DNA of 64,000 nucleotides, taken from assembly GCA_963760795.1 (NCBI GenBank), contig CAVXEP010000006.1, positions 1-64,000 on the forward strand, written 5' to 3'. The notes below the pieces were generated by a model. It did not search any database, was not told the origin of the DNA, and was given only the letters and a program-made list of their open reading frames with translations. This DNA is from an uncultured delta proteobacterium (GTDB taxonomy: Bacteria; Desulfobacterota; Binatia; UBA9968). Made by a program: the position numbers and the translations under genes. Shown here one piece after another: positions 1 through 11,219 of this stretch (position 1 is the stretch's first letter; every line of letters starts with the position of its first letter).

Positions 1-1036
1 GAATCGTCAAGCCGATCTGCTTGGCGGCTTTGAGATTGACGACGAACTCAAACGTCATCGGTTGCTCCGTTGGAATGTCCTCTTCTTGTTGGTCCCTTTC
101 AACAATTTATCGACCAGGCGCGCGGCGTCTCGTCCATCTTGCGCTGGACTTGTAGCGTAAGACATGAGACCGCCTTTATCGACAATATCGCTCCGCGCGT
201 AGATTGCCGGCAAGCGATATTTTACCGCGAGATCGAGCAGGAGTTGCGGATTCGAATTGGCCAGCGGATTGAGCGTCACCGCCACGGCACCGCTGCGCGC
301 CTTCACCGCATCTTTAAATGCGCTCTCGTATCTTGTCGGCCACGCTGACCGCCATCGAATGCACTTGCAAACCCAGTATCCGCGCGGCGAGTTGGCTTTC
401 ATTCCATTGCGGCGTCGAGCCAGGATTATTCGGGTCCCACACCACGGCAACGCGGGAAAGTTTCGCTACCGTCTCTTTGAGCAACTCAAGCCGTTTGCTC
501 GATAACACCGACGCTATGTTCGTCATCCCGGTTATATTGCCACCGGGCCGCGCCAAGCTATCGATCAGCCCAGCGCCGATGGGATCGGTTACCCCCATAA
601 AAAAAATCGGGATCGTTCTCGTGACGTTCTGCGCCGCAAGGGCGGCGTTAGTGGTGTTTGCGATCAACACGTCAACCTTTAACTTGACCAATTCCGCGGC
701 CAACTCAGGAAGGCGATCGAACCTCCCATCCGTAAATCGGTATTCAATGGTAAGGTTTTGTCCCTCGAAATGACCAAGCGCGCGCAGGGCTTGCAAGAAA
801 GAAACAAGCCGGGGTTGTTCGGCGGCGGCAGAATTGGTCGTGAGAAACCCGAGCCGCGAAACTTTCTGCTTCTGTTGCGCTTGGGCCTCTGCCCCGCCCG
901 CCACGACGGTAACAGCCAAGGCGACAACCGCAATCCATTTTGGATTGTCGATCCGACGATTTCGCTCAGTACACATTTTGGATTTTGGATTACCGCACGA
1001 AAATCGCAAAGTGGTAATTGATAGTTTTCTCCTCAT
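1..1036 (-). CDS. ABC transporter substrate-binding protein (ABC_sub_bind type), frameshifted, runs off the window start
   Basis: ORFs 314..1036 and 55..450 join. Family motifs [34 protein letters not shown] and a ..[17 protein letters not shown]-type tail at the window edge. Confidence 0.88.
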
Positions 1037-1110
1037 GTTGTTTCTCCAACCAAACCGGTTTGTAATCGCGAATCCAAATCCTTTCCGCTTGCCTATTGCT
1101 CATGTCTTCT

Positions 1111-2133
1111 TCAACGAATGATTTTGCTCGCCCGCGCCAGCACCTTCGGCGGAATCGTCAGGCCGATCTGCTTGGCCGTCTTTAGATTGATGACAAACTC
1201 AAACTTCATCGGCTGCTCCACGGGGAGGTCGGCGGGCTTTGCCCCTTTCAGAATCTTGTCCACAAAGATAGCCGCTCGGCGGTACAGTCGAGAATGTTCA
1301 CCCCGTAGCCGATCAAGCCGCCGGCTTCGCGAACTCCGCACGGCCAACGGAGGGGAGCCGCTGCTTTGCTGCAAGCTCAGCTATGCGGCTTCCGTTGGCG
1401 TTAAGAAAATCGTCCTCGGGAAGCGCGACGGCGTCAATGCGTTGTTTGGTCATTGCTGAAAAGGCGTTCTTGAACTCGTCAGGCGCCGCGCACTTCGTAT
1501 CGTTGCAGCCCTACCTTGAGCAACTTGGCGGTCTGTTCCATCTGCCTGGAAGGTTTCGCTGGTTTATGGAATTGTCCGGATTAAAGAGGACACCGATCCG
1601 CTGCGCGCGCGGCAAGATTTCCTTCAGCAGCTCGAGCCGTTTCGCACTGAGTTCCGGGCTAAAGATGCTCGATCCAGTGATATTCCCGCCCGGCCGCGCC
1701 AGGCTGGCGACAAAACCAAACGCAACCGGGTCGCCGCTGGTTACCATGACGATAGGAATCGTCGTCGTTGCATTTTTGGCCGCACGGATCGCCGGCGACC
1801 CAGCGGTCAGTATGACGTCAACGTTGAGGCGAACCAATTCGGCAGCCAATTCGGGTAGCCGATCGAACTTTCCCTCAGCCCAGCGAGACTCGATGACGAG
1901 ATTCTTGCCCTCCAGTAGCCCAAGTCACGCAGACCCGCCCGCAAGGCTTCCATCCGGTCAGCGTTGCTGGCAGCGGAGGTTGCACTCAAAAATCCTATGC
2001 GAAGAATCTTTACTGGTTGCGCTCGGGCCACGGCCCCGCACCAAGCGAAGACGAAAAGAAGGGTAATAACCGCAATCCGTTTTGGATTGTCGGAATAAGA
2101 ATCCAGCCATCGCATCAAAGACAATCTATTCAT
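1111..2133 (-). CDS. ABC transporter substrate-binding protein (ABC_sub_bind type), several frameshifts
   Basis: Pieces 1807..2160, 1511..1849 and 1111..1374: [60 protein letters not shown]. Tandem paralogue of the preceding gene. Confidence 0.85.
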
Positions 2134-2166
2134 GTTTTGTTTCCCCAATCCAAAATTCAAAATTCC

Positions 2167-3007
2167 TTAGCTTCGTTTGTGGATCCCCGCGCCAGTCACG
2201 TAGTCATACAGATTAGCAGCGTTTAACTGCATCACCCGGGGCGCCATGCCGCCCTGCTCCACGTCCATCGGATATCTATCGGTCAATGCCGTGAGGTTAG
2301 CGACACACTCTGCTTTAGTCATACCGCGCCCCACCGCGCCGCGTACATACTCAACCCACTCGCTGATAAACGCGCCCTGCTCGTTTAAGTAACGCTTATC
2401 ACACACCGGCCCGTGTCCGGGAACGAAGGTGTCCTCAGGCAGCGCGCGCAAAGCTTCGAGAGACTTGAGCCAGTCATCCGGCTGCCCTTCTTGGATCCAC
2501 GTCTGCACCTTGCAGAAAATATTGTCGCTGGTGAAAGTAACGCCTTCCTCTTCGACAATCACCGCGGCTTGGTACGGCGTATGAGCCGGGCATGTGGATC
2601 ATGCGAAAGGTGTGATTGCCGACATGCAGCTTCATTGCGCTTTCAAAGGTAATCACCGGCGCATTGGCCCGGTAGTTCTCCAATAACTTCGGCTCCTCCG
2701 GACCAAACGACGCGACCCGCGCTAAGTGCTCGGTCATGTTCGCCGCCAGCATGCGCTTCCTCACCCCTTCGTGGGCGACTACTGGAACATCGAAAAACGC
2801 GTTGCCGGTCCAATGATCGCCATGGGGCTCGGTGTTGATGATGTAGCGCAGCTTGCCGCGCCGCTCGATCTCCGCCTTCAAGCGCACCGCATCGCTCGGC
2901 TTATGCGGCGTGTCGATGAGAACCAACCCCTCCGAAGTCGCTACCAGCCCATGATTGGCGCCCTTCTGCTGGGTTTCGATGTGTACGTTACTTGTGAGCT
3001 GTTGCAT
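2167..3007 (-). CDS. MBL-fold metallo-hydrolase (cyclase-like), one frameshift near 2580
   Basis: LIDTP, TEPHGDHWTGN (HxHxDH variant), HMPG(H), FTSD and VPGHG across ORFs 2474..3007 and 2167..2562. Confidence 0.85.
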
Positions 3008-3042
3008 AAATCACCTTTCTAGTTTCGCGCCGGAGAAGACTT

Positions 3043-3182
3043 TCTCTCGCAAAGGCGCAAAGACGCGAAGTTCGGAATTGTCGTCATTTCGATCAAAGCG
3101 AGAAATCTTCTTGAATCCTTGGCATCCGATCCCGTTGACGGGCTTCGCCCGTCACTTAGCGCCTTTGCGCCTCAGCGAGAGA
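3043..3182. repeat. Intergenic inverted repeat with 9-bp-period arms
   Basis: tctctcgcaaaggcgcaaagacgcgaag ... cttagcgcctttgcgcctcagcgagaga are imperfect reverse complements. Confidence 0.75.
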
Positions 3183-3231
3183 TCATCCGCTTTCTTTTGT
3201 GCGTCCTTTGCGGCGAAATTCTTTTCCCATC

Positions 3232-4187
3232 TCATTCCTTATGGCCGAGCTCGCGCGCGACTTGCACGGCGAAGCGCGGGTCGGCGATATCTTCGAAGAC
3301 AAATTTCTTGTCGGTGAAGCGCCCCTGGGATTGAATGCCTTTGAAGATGTTTTCGATGCCCGTTCGCGTCGGCACGCCGCTGCCGGCCCACGCGAAGACC
3401 ATTAGCTCATGGGTCTTGGTCGCCGTTTCCTGATCCATTTTCATCGTCTTGACGATAAATTCGACGGCTCGCTCTTTGGAATTGAGTAGCAACTCCTTGG
3501 CCTCCTGCTGGGCCTTGATGACCCGGCGGACTTGATCCGGTTTCGCGCTCAGTGTCCTGGTCAAGGTCGTCAAACCGCCCACGGGCATTTCCACCGCAGC
3601 GCCGACATCGAAAACTTTGCTGAAACCTTTCTTGAGCAATACAAATAATACCGGCGGGTCAATCATCACGGCGTCCAAGGCCCGCGACTCGAGCGCGCGC
3701 TGCTGCTGTTGCGGTCCGATGCCGACAACGATGAAGTCTTTGGGATTCGCCCCCGCCTTTTCGACCGCCATCGTGAACGCGGTGTGAGTGGTCGCGCCCA
3801 GGCCGGCCACGCCGATGCGTTTGCCGCGCAGCTCCTGAAGCGTTTTTAGCTCCGGCTGGGCGACGACTTGTAGATCAACCGATTGGCGACGATCCACACC
3901 GCGCGCGACGGACTGCCGCCCAAGGTAGCGCTCACCGAGCCCGGTCCAACCCCCGCGACATACTCCAAATCGCCGGCATTGAGCGCCACCGACGAGAGCT
4001 GAAATGTCATCAGCAGCAGCTCCGGCTGAATGCCATTCTTGGCGAACATCCCGAGGTCCCGCGCGGCAAGGATCGGCATGCTGCTCAGCGACAAGCCGAT
4101 GTAGCCGATGCGAATCTTTTCTTGAGCCGATGCTGCGGTGGAGAAAAGAATGAAGGCCAATAATGAAAGCGACAGTATCCGCGGCAT
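3232..4187 (-). CDS. NMT1/SsuA-type ABC substrate-binding protein, frameshift near 3870
   Basis: Signal peptide plus EKIRIGY..ARDLGMFAKNGI (3846..4211), continuing as ELRGKRIGVAGLGATT (3232..3897). Confidence 0.85.
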
Positions 4188-4249
4188 GATTGCCCTCCAG
4201 CCGTCAGTCAACGTCCAAAGATTTCCCCCGTCGAAATGACATCTCTTTC

Positions 4250-4497
4250 CGATCTTAGCGTCTTAGCGCCTTTGCGGGAGATATTCCGAAAACTTGGGAT
4301 GACTTCTTTGCGCCCTTTGCGGCTAACTCTTCTTCCGACCTTCGTGTCCTTCGTGGTTTAACAAACGTTACCCTTCGCTGCGAAGAAGGGCGTATGCCAT
4401 ACGCCCCTACAAATCAATTCCTAACTTTGCGTGCTTTGCGGGAGATATTCCAAATCCCACTCCCTTACGTTGTGATCTATGTGCTCTTTGTGGTTAA
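4250..4497. repeat. Mosaic of short-period repeats including a GTAG-type REP palindrome at 4387-4410
   Basis: cttagcgtcttagcgcctttgcgggagatattcc recurs as ctttgcgtgctttgcgggagatattcc; also cttcgtgtccttcgtgg and agggcgtatgccatacgcccctac. Confidence 0.75.
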
Positions 4498-6272
4498 ACC
4501 TCTTCACTTCTTCGACTACCGCGCAACTCCGCTGTGGCCGCCACATCCAACTCGAACTTTCTCCCCTGCTGTCGAATCGCCACACCATAGTCCGCGCGCG
4601 CCGCTGCGACGGACACATAGCCCGAGCGCACGTCGGCGAGCACGCGCTCGGGATCACGCTCCATGGCGTTCCAAAAGCCGCCGCCGCCGCCGACTTCGAT
4701 CAAAAAACCGTCGCCTTCCTGCAAAGCAATGACGCCGGGAGTCTTGCCGGTCTTCATTGGCTCGACTGCGCCGTCTTTGCGGACGACGGTAAAGCGATTG
4801 GCCAGGGCGTCCTGGCCGCCATACAGTCCCCAGGGCGGACAGAGCGCCCGCTCCATCGCCGACAAGACGCTGCCCGCCGAGAGCAAGCGAACCTCTTGCG
4901 AAACACCGAGACCGCCGCGAAATCTTCCCGGCCCGCCGGAGTCCTGGCGCAGCTTGCGGTAGGAAACAAAGATCGGCGCGCGCCCCTCACCCGCTTCCAC
5001 CGGCGTGTTATGGGTGTCACCGTCGTTGATACAAAAGGTCGCGTTCTGGCCGTCAGTATCGGACAGCGCTCCCCAACCGCCGCCTGACAGCATCGGCGGG
5101 AAATGAAACGAGCGGCCGCTCTTGGGATCGAGACCAAAGGTGCGCGGCGCAGCCAAGTCGGCATGATGGCCGGCCAGAACGTTATCGGGACAGGCTTGCG
5201 CCAAGGCTTTGAATATCGTGTCAGCAACGGTCATCGGCACCGTCATCCAGGTGCGCACCGGCGCCGGCTTGGTCGCGCTCACCACCCGGCCTGGCGGCAA
5301 AATGATTTTCAACGGCCGAAACGAACCTTCATTGATCGGCAGCAGCAACGGCGTGGTGAGGAATTTGAAAGCCACTTCCGATGCCGACCGCCCTGCCGTC
5401 GCACCGGAATTGTACGGCCCTGCCACCTGCGGGCTGACACCGCTCAGGTCGACGGTCATCTCGTCGGCTTTCACTTCGACGCGAATTTTAATCGGGATAT
5501 GTTTGCCGATGTTGACGCCGTCGTCATCCATGAACGATTCAGCGACATAGACGCCGTCCGGGATCTTCTCCACCGCGGCGCGCGCGAGTTTTTCGCTTTG
5601 ATCGAAGATTAGTTCGATGCTCTGCTTAAACGTCTCGGCGCCGTAGCGCTCGATCAGCCGGGTCACCCGCCGCTCGCCGGTGCGGATCGCCGCGATCTGG
5701 GCGCGAAAGTCGCCCATGGCGAAGTGCGGCAGGCGGCAATTGCTGCGAATTATCTCCGTCAGCTCCATATCTTGCTTGCCGGCTTTGAAGATTTTCACGA
5801 AGGGCATCTGCAACCCCTCGGAAAAAATATCCCGGGTCACCGCGCCGAGCACGCCGCCGACATCCTGCCAATGTCCCATGGACGAAGAGAACGCGATCAG
5901 CGCACCATCGTGAAAAATCGGCAGCGAGAAGATCATGTGGTTCAGATGGCTGCCCATCACCTGGGGATCGTTGGTCAGCAATATATCGCCTGGATGAATA
6001 TTCTCCTTGCGCCAATGCGCGAGCTTGGCCTTGATCGCGTCCGACAAGCCGCGAATGAACATGGGCAGCCCGAGACCGATGGAGATCGTGTTACCGTCGG
6101 CATCGAACAGCCCGACGGTAAAATCCTCCGCCTCGTAGATGATCATGTTGTAGGCGGTGCGCATGAGATTGGTCTTCATCTCATCGGTGATCGCCACCAC
6201 TGAACTACGGATCACCTCCGCCGTGAAGGCGTCCACATCGGCTAATTTTCGCTCGTCAGTTTCACGCCGCAT
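4494..6272 (-). CDS. Hydantoinase B/oxoprolinase family protein
   Basis: 592 aa; RTAYNMIIYEAEDF, NDPQVMGSHLNH, HWQDVGG, EGLQMP, NTPVE, DSGGPGRFRGG, GGGGGF..RDPERVLADV. Confidence 0.93.
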   Translation of the reverse strand: MRRETDERKLADVDAFTAEVIRSSVVAITDEMKTNLMRTAYNMIIYEAEDFTVGLFDADGNTISIGLGLPMFIRGLSDAIKAKLAHWRKENIHPGDILLTNDPQVMGSHLNHMIFSLPIFHDGALIAFSSSMGHWQDVGGVLGAVTRDIFSEGLQMPFVKIFKAGKQDMELTEIIRSNCRLPHFAMGDFRAQIAAIRTGERRVTRLIERYGAETFKQSIELIFDQSEKLARAAVEKIPDGVYVAESFMDDDGVNIGKHIPIKIRVEVKADEMTVDLSGVSPQVAGPYNSGATAGRSASEVAFKFLTTPLLLPINEGSFRPLKIILPPGRVVSATKPAPVRTWMTVPMTVADTIFKALAQACPDNVLAGHHADLAAPRTFGLDPKSGRSFHFPPMLSGGGWGALSDTDGQNATFCINDGDTHNTPVEAGEGRAPIFVSYRKLRQDSGGPGRFRGGLGVSQEVRLLSAGSVLSAMERALCPPWGLYGGQDALANRFTVVRKDGAVEPMKTGKTPGVIALQEGDGFLIEVGGGGGFWNAMERDPERVLADVRSGYVSVAAARADYGVAIRQQGRKFELDVAATAELRGSRRSEEV

Positions 6273-6373
6273 AATCCAAAGCTCTCACTATTCCGATAGT
6301 CGAGTTTCTATCGCACCTAGTGTCCTAGTCGAGAAATGTCTTGAACAACAGAAGCATTGATCATTGATTCGCT

Positions 6374-6461
6374 TGGTCCCCCTTTTAAAAGAAGGGAAGG
6401 TGAAATTTTCTTATGCGCACGCACGCTAAATCCCCCTCAATCCCCCTTTCCCAAAGGCGGA
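6374..6461. repeat. REP-like C/G-run palindromes
   Basis: tccccctttt-aaaagaaggga and aaatccccctcaatccccctttcccaaaggcgga in the divergent intergenic region. Confidence 0.55.
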
Positions 6462-6619
6462 TGTCCTGAACATTCTAGTACGAATTATCTTTCCTCGCTC
6501 CAAGCAGCCACGCGCCAACCGCCGGCCTATCGCCGCCAGGGCCGGTTCTTCACCTGGAGGTGCAGAAGCGATATGGACATGTTATAGCAATTTTCATTCA
6601 AATTGAGGAAGTAGAATCC

Positions 6620-7174
6620 ATGACCATCGATATAGCGAAACTCAAAAGCATGGCGCCCCCCAGAGGAATGGAGTTCCACATCGCCAAGGTCGGCCATGTG
6701 GTGCTGCAAGTCGCCGATCTCGAGCGCGCGACGCAGTTTTACACTCACGTTCTCGGCTTCAAGGTCTCCGACGTTTATCCCGAAGAGATGATGGCGGGAG
6801 GCATGGTGTTTCTGCGCTGCAACAGCGATCATCACTGCCTCGCTCTGGTCGGCCAGGGCGACGGCAAGAACAGCAATCGCGAACTGCATCACCTCGCCTT
6901 CGAAGTGCCGACCCTCGGCGAAGTGCTGCGCGCCCGCGACCGGCTGAAGCAATACGGCGCCAAGATCGACTTTGAAGGGCGGCGCCGCGCCGGCTGTCAG
7001 ATCGCCGTCGAGTTCCGCGACCCGGACAACAACTCCTTGGAAATCTACTGGGGCGTCGATCAAGTCGGCAGCGACGGCCATGTCCGGCCGTCGAATGAAT
7101 GGCACGGCGTGAAGTCGTTGGACGAAGCCATCGCCAATCCGGTGCCGGGCCAAGATACTCATATCCCCAAATGA
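6620..7174 (+). CDS. VOC (glyoxalase/extradiol dioxygenase superfamily) protein
   Basis: GHVVLQVADLE..FY..LGF, DHHCLAL, LHHLAFEV, FRDPDNNSLEI; GAGG RBS upstream of ATG 6620. Confidence 0.9.
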   Translation: MTIDIAKLKSMAPPRGMEFHIAKVGHVVLQVADLERATQFYTHVLGFKVSDVYPEEMMAGGMVFLRCNSDHHCLALVGQGDGKNSNRELHHLAFEVPTLGEVLRARDRLKQYGAKIDFEGRRRAGCQIAVEFRDPDNNSLEIYWGVDQVGSDGHVRPSNEWHGVKSLDEAIANPVPGQDTHIPK

Positions 7175-8134
7175 ATTCCTCCGCTGCTTCGCTCGAAGAT
7201 CTGATTCGCGACTCGAAACATGCTCTGGTCATCGGTGTCGGCGGCGGCGGCGATGTCGCCGGCGCCCTGGCCACCGCGCGCTTTCTTGAATTTTGCGGTC
7301 TGCGCTTCACGCTCGGCGGCTTGTCCTGGGAACGAAACGTTTACGATCCCGTCCCCGGCCCGCGCAAACTAAGCGAAAGCAAAAATGTCCGCGCGCTGCA
7401 CGAGTTTAGTTGGATGGCGAATGAGAATAGCCAAACCAGCACCGGCGTGCCCTTCGCCGAAGCCAGGATGGCTCAATGCATCAACGGCGAAGTCTTGCTC
7501 GTCGATATCAACGGCGGCGTCGACGGAGTGGTCGACGGATTGGAAGTCGCCATGAGCGCCCTCGACACCGATCTGCTCGTCGGCCTCGACGTCGGCGGCG
7601 ATTCTCTGGCCCATGGCCAGGAACCGGGACTGCGCAGTCCGCTGGCTGACTCGATCATGCTCGCCGCCTTGGCTGAATTGGAAAAACGCGGTCATCGAAC
7701 AATCTGGGGCGTCTTCGGCTATCGGCAGCGACGGCGAACTGACGGTTGACGAAATCGAGCTGGCCTTGAGCAAACTCGGCGCTGCCGGCGCTCTGCTCGG
7801 CGCCTGGTCGCTGACACCGAAGATCGCCGCCGAGCTCGAAGCAGTCATCAAGACCGTGCCGACGGAAGCCAGCGCGATCCCCGTGCAATGCTTTCGCGGC
7901 GCCTGGGGGCGTCATGACATCCGCCGCGGCGAACGGCAGGTGAAATTGACACCGCTCACCGCGCTGACTTTTTTTATCGCCACCGGCAAACTTTACGATA
8001 CCCTCGCCCGACCCGCTCAAGCCGTGCGCCGGAGCTCGTCCCTCGACCAAGCCAACGACGCGCTCCACGCCCTCGGTATCGCCACCGAACTGGACTACGA
8101 ACGGAAATTTTATCAGGCGGCGCTAACCAAGTGA
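7171..8134 (+). CDS. DUF1152 family protein, frameshift near 7722
   Basis: LVIGVGGGGDVAG, LDVGGDSLAHGQEPGLRSPLADSIML, GSDGEL, TEASAIP; ATGA overlap with the VOC stop. Confidence 0.8.
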
Positions 8135-9388
8135 TTCGAAATCTCCTCGGCGACCCGCAGCGGGATGCGATTATTCTAATGATCTCGCGCGGCGTGCGCG
8201 CCTTCGCGTTTTCCTATTTGGGCGTGATCTTCACCATCTATCTGAGCCAGCTCGGCTACTCGACCATGACCGTCGGTTTCGTCGTCACCACCGCCTACAC
8301 CGCCAGCGCGCTGCTCACGGCGCTGTGGGGTTACCTGTCGGATCGCTACGGCCGCAAGAACATCTTGATGCTGCTCGCCGCGCTGACCATCGTTTCGAAC
8401 CTCATCTATATCTTTTCCAGCCAGCTATTTTTCATCATCGCCGCGGTTATCATCGCCAACGTCGGCGCCGGCGGCTCGGGGGCCGGCGGCCAGGGCGGCG
8501 GTCCGATGAGTCCGGTCGAACAGGCCTTGCTCGCGGAAAAATGTTCGGCGGAGAATCGCAACAAAGTTTTCGCCGCCAACGCCTTTGTCGGCTCGATGTC
8601 GGGCTCTCTCGGCGCCCTGTTGAGCGGCCTGCCGCAGCATCTGCAAGAACAATGGAGCTGGCCAGCGATAGATTCCTACAAGCCGCTGTTCGCTCTGACC
8701 ATTTTGTTCAGCATAGTTCTCATTTTCGCCTATTCCCGAATTGACGAACATCACGTCTATCGCAAGCGCGAAAAGAAAACCCTCGCCACCAAGGCGAATA
8801 AGTTCGTGCTCAAAATGTCGCTCCTCGGCATGGTCGACAATCTGGGCGGCGGTTTGATCAGCCCGCTGCTGGCCTATTGGTTTTTCTTGCGCTACGGCGT
8901 CGAACTAAAATCCTTGGGATTCATGTTCTTTCTCTCCTACTTTCTCGCCGCCATGTCTTTTCTCACCGCGCCGATCATCGCCCGCAAGATCGGCATCGTC
9001 CGCACCATGGCGTTTTCCCATGGCTTGGCGTCGCTCATCTATGTATTTTTACCGCTGGCGCCGACCTTCACCATCGCCGCGGCGATGACGATCATCCGAT
9101 CCTATCTTGCATACATGGACAATCCGCTGCGCAGCTCGTTCATCATGGGTGTGGTGCGGCCCGAAGATCGCGGCTCGGCAGCAGGCCTGACCAGTCTATC
9201 GCGTCATGTACCGGTGGCCGTCACTCCGACCCTGTCCGCTTATTTGATGCAAAGCTTTTCCTTAGGCGTGCCGATTTTCATCGGCGGTTTTTTGCAATTT
9301 TTCCACGACTGCGTGTTCTACTTCATGTTCCGCGACGTCAAACCGCCGGAAGAACAAGGAGCACAAGGCGCAAACGGCCAAAGCGTAA
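8131..9388 (+). CDS. MFS transporter (probable true stop 9386-9388 after an indel)
   Basis: Many hydrophobic helices, motif A GYLSDRYGRK, RPEDRGSAAG; GTGA overlap with the DUF1152 stop. Confidence 0.9.
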
Positions 9389-9391
9389 TCC

Positions 9392-10653
9392 ATGGGAATC
9401 CTCCGCGACCTGCACCGCGACGCCAAGCTCCTGATGGCCTCGCGCGGCATCCGCGCCTTCGCGTTCTCTTACCTGAACGTCAGTCTTCGCCATCTATCTC
9501 GACCGGCTCGGCTACACGCCGGTGACCATCGGCGTTGTTTACTCCGTCGCCTATTTGAGCGGCGCGGTGCTGACCGCCTTGTGGGGTTATCTGTCGGACC
9601 GCTACGGCCGGCGCAACATTCTCATGCTCTTGGCGCTGCTGACCATCGTCTCCAACGCCATCTTTGTTTTTTTTAGCAGCCTGTTTTTCATTCTGCTCGC
9701 GGTCATCATCGCCAACGTCGGCGCCGGCGGCTCGGGCGGCGGCGGCTCGGGCGGCGGACCGTTCAATCCGGTGGAGGAAGCGCTGCTGGCGGAAAAGTGT
9801 CTGCCGGAAAATCGCAACGCAGATTTTCGGCGCTCAACGCTTTCTGTCGGTTCGGTGATGGGCTCGGTCGGCGCTCTGGCCGCCGGCTTGCCGCAGTGTC
9901 TTCAGGAGCGCTGGGGCTGGGATTCGCGTGGCCTCGTACAAGCCGCTGTTTCTTCTGACCATTGTTTTCAGCGTCGGCCTTGTTGTTCGTTTACCGCGCG
10001 ATCGACGAACGGCACCAGCCACGGCACGCGCAAAAGAAAATGTCCAAGACCACCGGCGTGTTCGTCACCAAGATGTCGATCTTAGCCTTCGTCGACAACT
10101 TCGGCGCGGGCATGGCGGGCGGGCTGCTCTGCCTACTGGTTTTTCTTGCGCTTCGGCGTCGAGCTTAAATCCCTCGGCATGCTGTTTTTTATCTCCAACT
10201 TCCTCGCCGCCCTGTCGTTTTTGAGCGCGCCGATCATCGCGCGCTGGATCGGCCTGGTGAAAACCATGGCTTTTTCCCATGGGCTCGCTTCGATGATTTT
10301 CATCGCTATCCCGTTGGCGCCGACGTTCTTCATCGCCGCGGCCCTGCTGGCGATCCGCTCGTTCTTCGCCTACATGGATAACCCCCTGCGCGCATCGTTC
10401 ACCATGGCCATGGTCCAGTCCAACGAGCGCGGCTCCGCCGCCGGCGTCACCAGCCTGGCGCGCACCGTCCCCTTTGGCATCAGCCCGACGATCTCGACCT
10501 ATCTCATGCAAAGCGTGTCGTTGTCGCTTCCATTATTCATCGGCGGCGGGCTACAATTGGTCAACGATGTGGTCTTCTTACACGATGTTTCGCCATGTCC
10601 GGCCGCCTGAGGAGATGAATCCGAAACCGTACGAGGTGAATCCGACGGCTTGA
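9392..10653 (+). CDS. Second MFS transporter, tandem paralogue, several frameshifts
   Basis: Pieces 9392..9676, 9522..10085, 9962..10168 and 10146..10610 align to the first MFS (SRGIRAFAFSYL, GYLSDRYGRR, YMDNPLR). Confidence 0.85.
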
Positions 10654-10700
10654 ACGATTTGAACGGAGCGCAGCGATTGAACGGCTTGAACGTTTAGAAC
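10648..10700. repeat. TTGAAC-periodic intergenic repeat
   Basis: ttgaacgatttgaacggagcgcagcgattgaacggcttgaacgtttagaac; reverse-complement relatives at 34330-34590 and a short one at 28889-28912. Confidence 0.75.
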
Positions 10701-10710
10701 TCTTTTAGCC

Positions 10711-11118
10711 ATGGCAACTAGACGCCCATCCCCAGCCACCGGCGCCGTCGGTTTCATCGAACGGTTGGCCGAACAGCGCATCCTCGAAGCCCAGCGCAAA
10801 GGCGAGTTCGACGACCTCGCCGGCAAGGGCAAGCCGCTGGAATTGGCAGATCACAGCGACGTGCCGGAAGATTTACGCATGGCCTACCATGTCCTTAAAA
10901 ACGCCAACGTCCTGCCCCCCGAAGCCGAACTGATGAAGGACATCCGCATCCTCGAAGATCTGCTCAAGCATGTCGAAGACGAGGGCGAGCGGAAATCGCT
11001 GGCCAAGAGTCTCCAGTGGAAAATGATCCGCTTGGATATTCTCAAGCGCCGCTCGATGAATCTCGCCAGCGTGCGCGATTATAGCCGCAAGATCGTCGCC
11101 AAGTTGTCGCGCCGCTAG
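10711..11118 (+). CDS. DUF1992 (DnaJ-related) domain protein
   Basis: LAEQRILEAQRKGEFDDLAGKGKPL..VPEDLRMAYHVLKNANVLPPEAEL. Confidence 0.88.
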   Translation: MATRRPSPATGAVGFIERLAEQRILEAQRKGEFDDLAGKGKPLELADHSDVPEDLRMAYHVLKNANVLPPEAELMKDIRILEDLLKHVEDEGERKSLAKSLQWKMIRLDILKRRSMNLASVRDYSRKIVAKLSRR

Positions 11119-11219
11119 CCATCGGTTTCGCTTTGCCTTGGCGAATTTTCCGTGGTAGAAATCGCCTACCTTAAATACCGGCGTCAACTCGCCGCTTTGC
11201 CGACGAAAGGAGAATAGTT

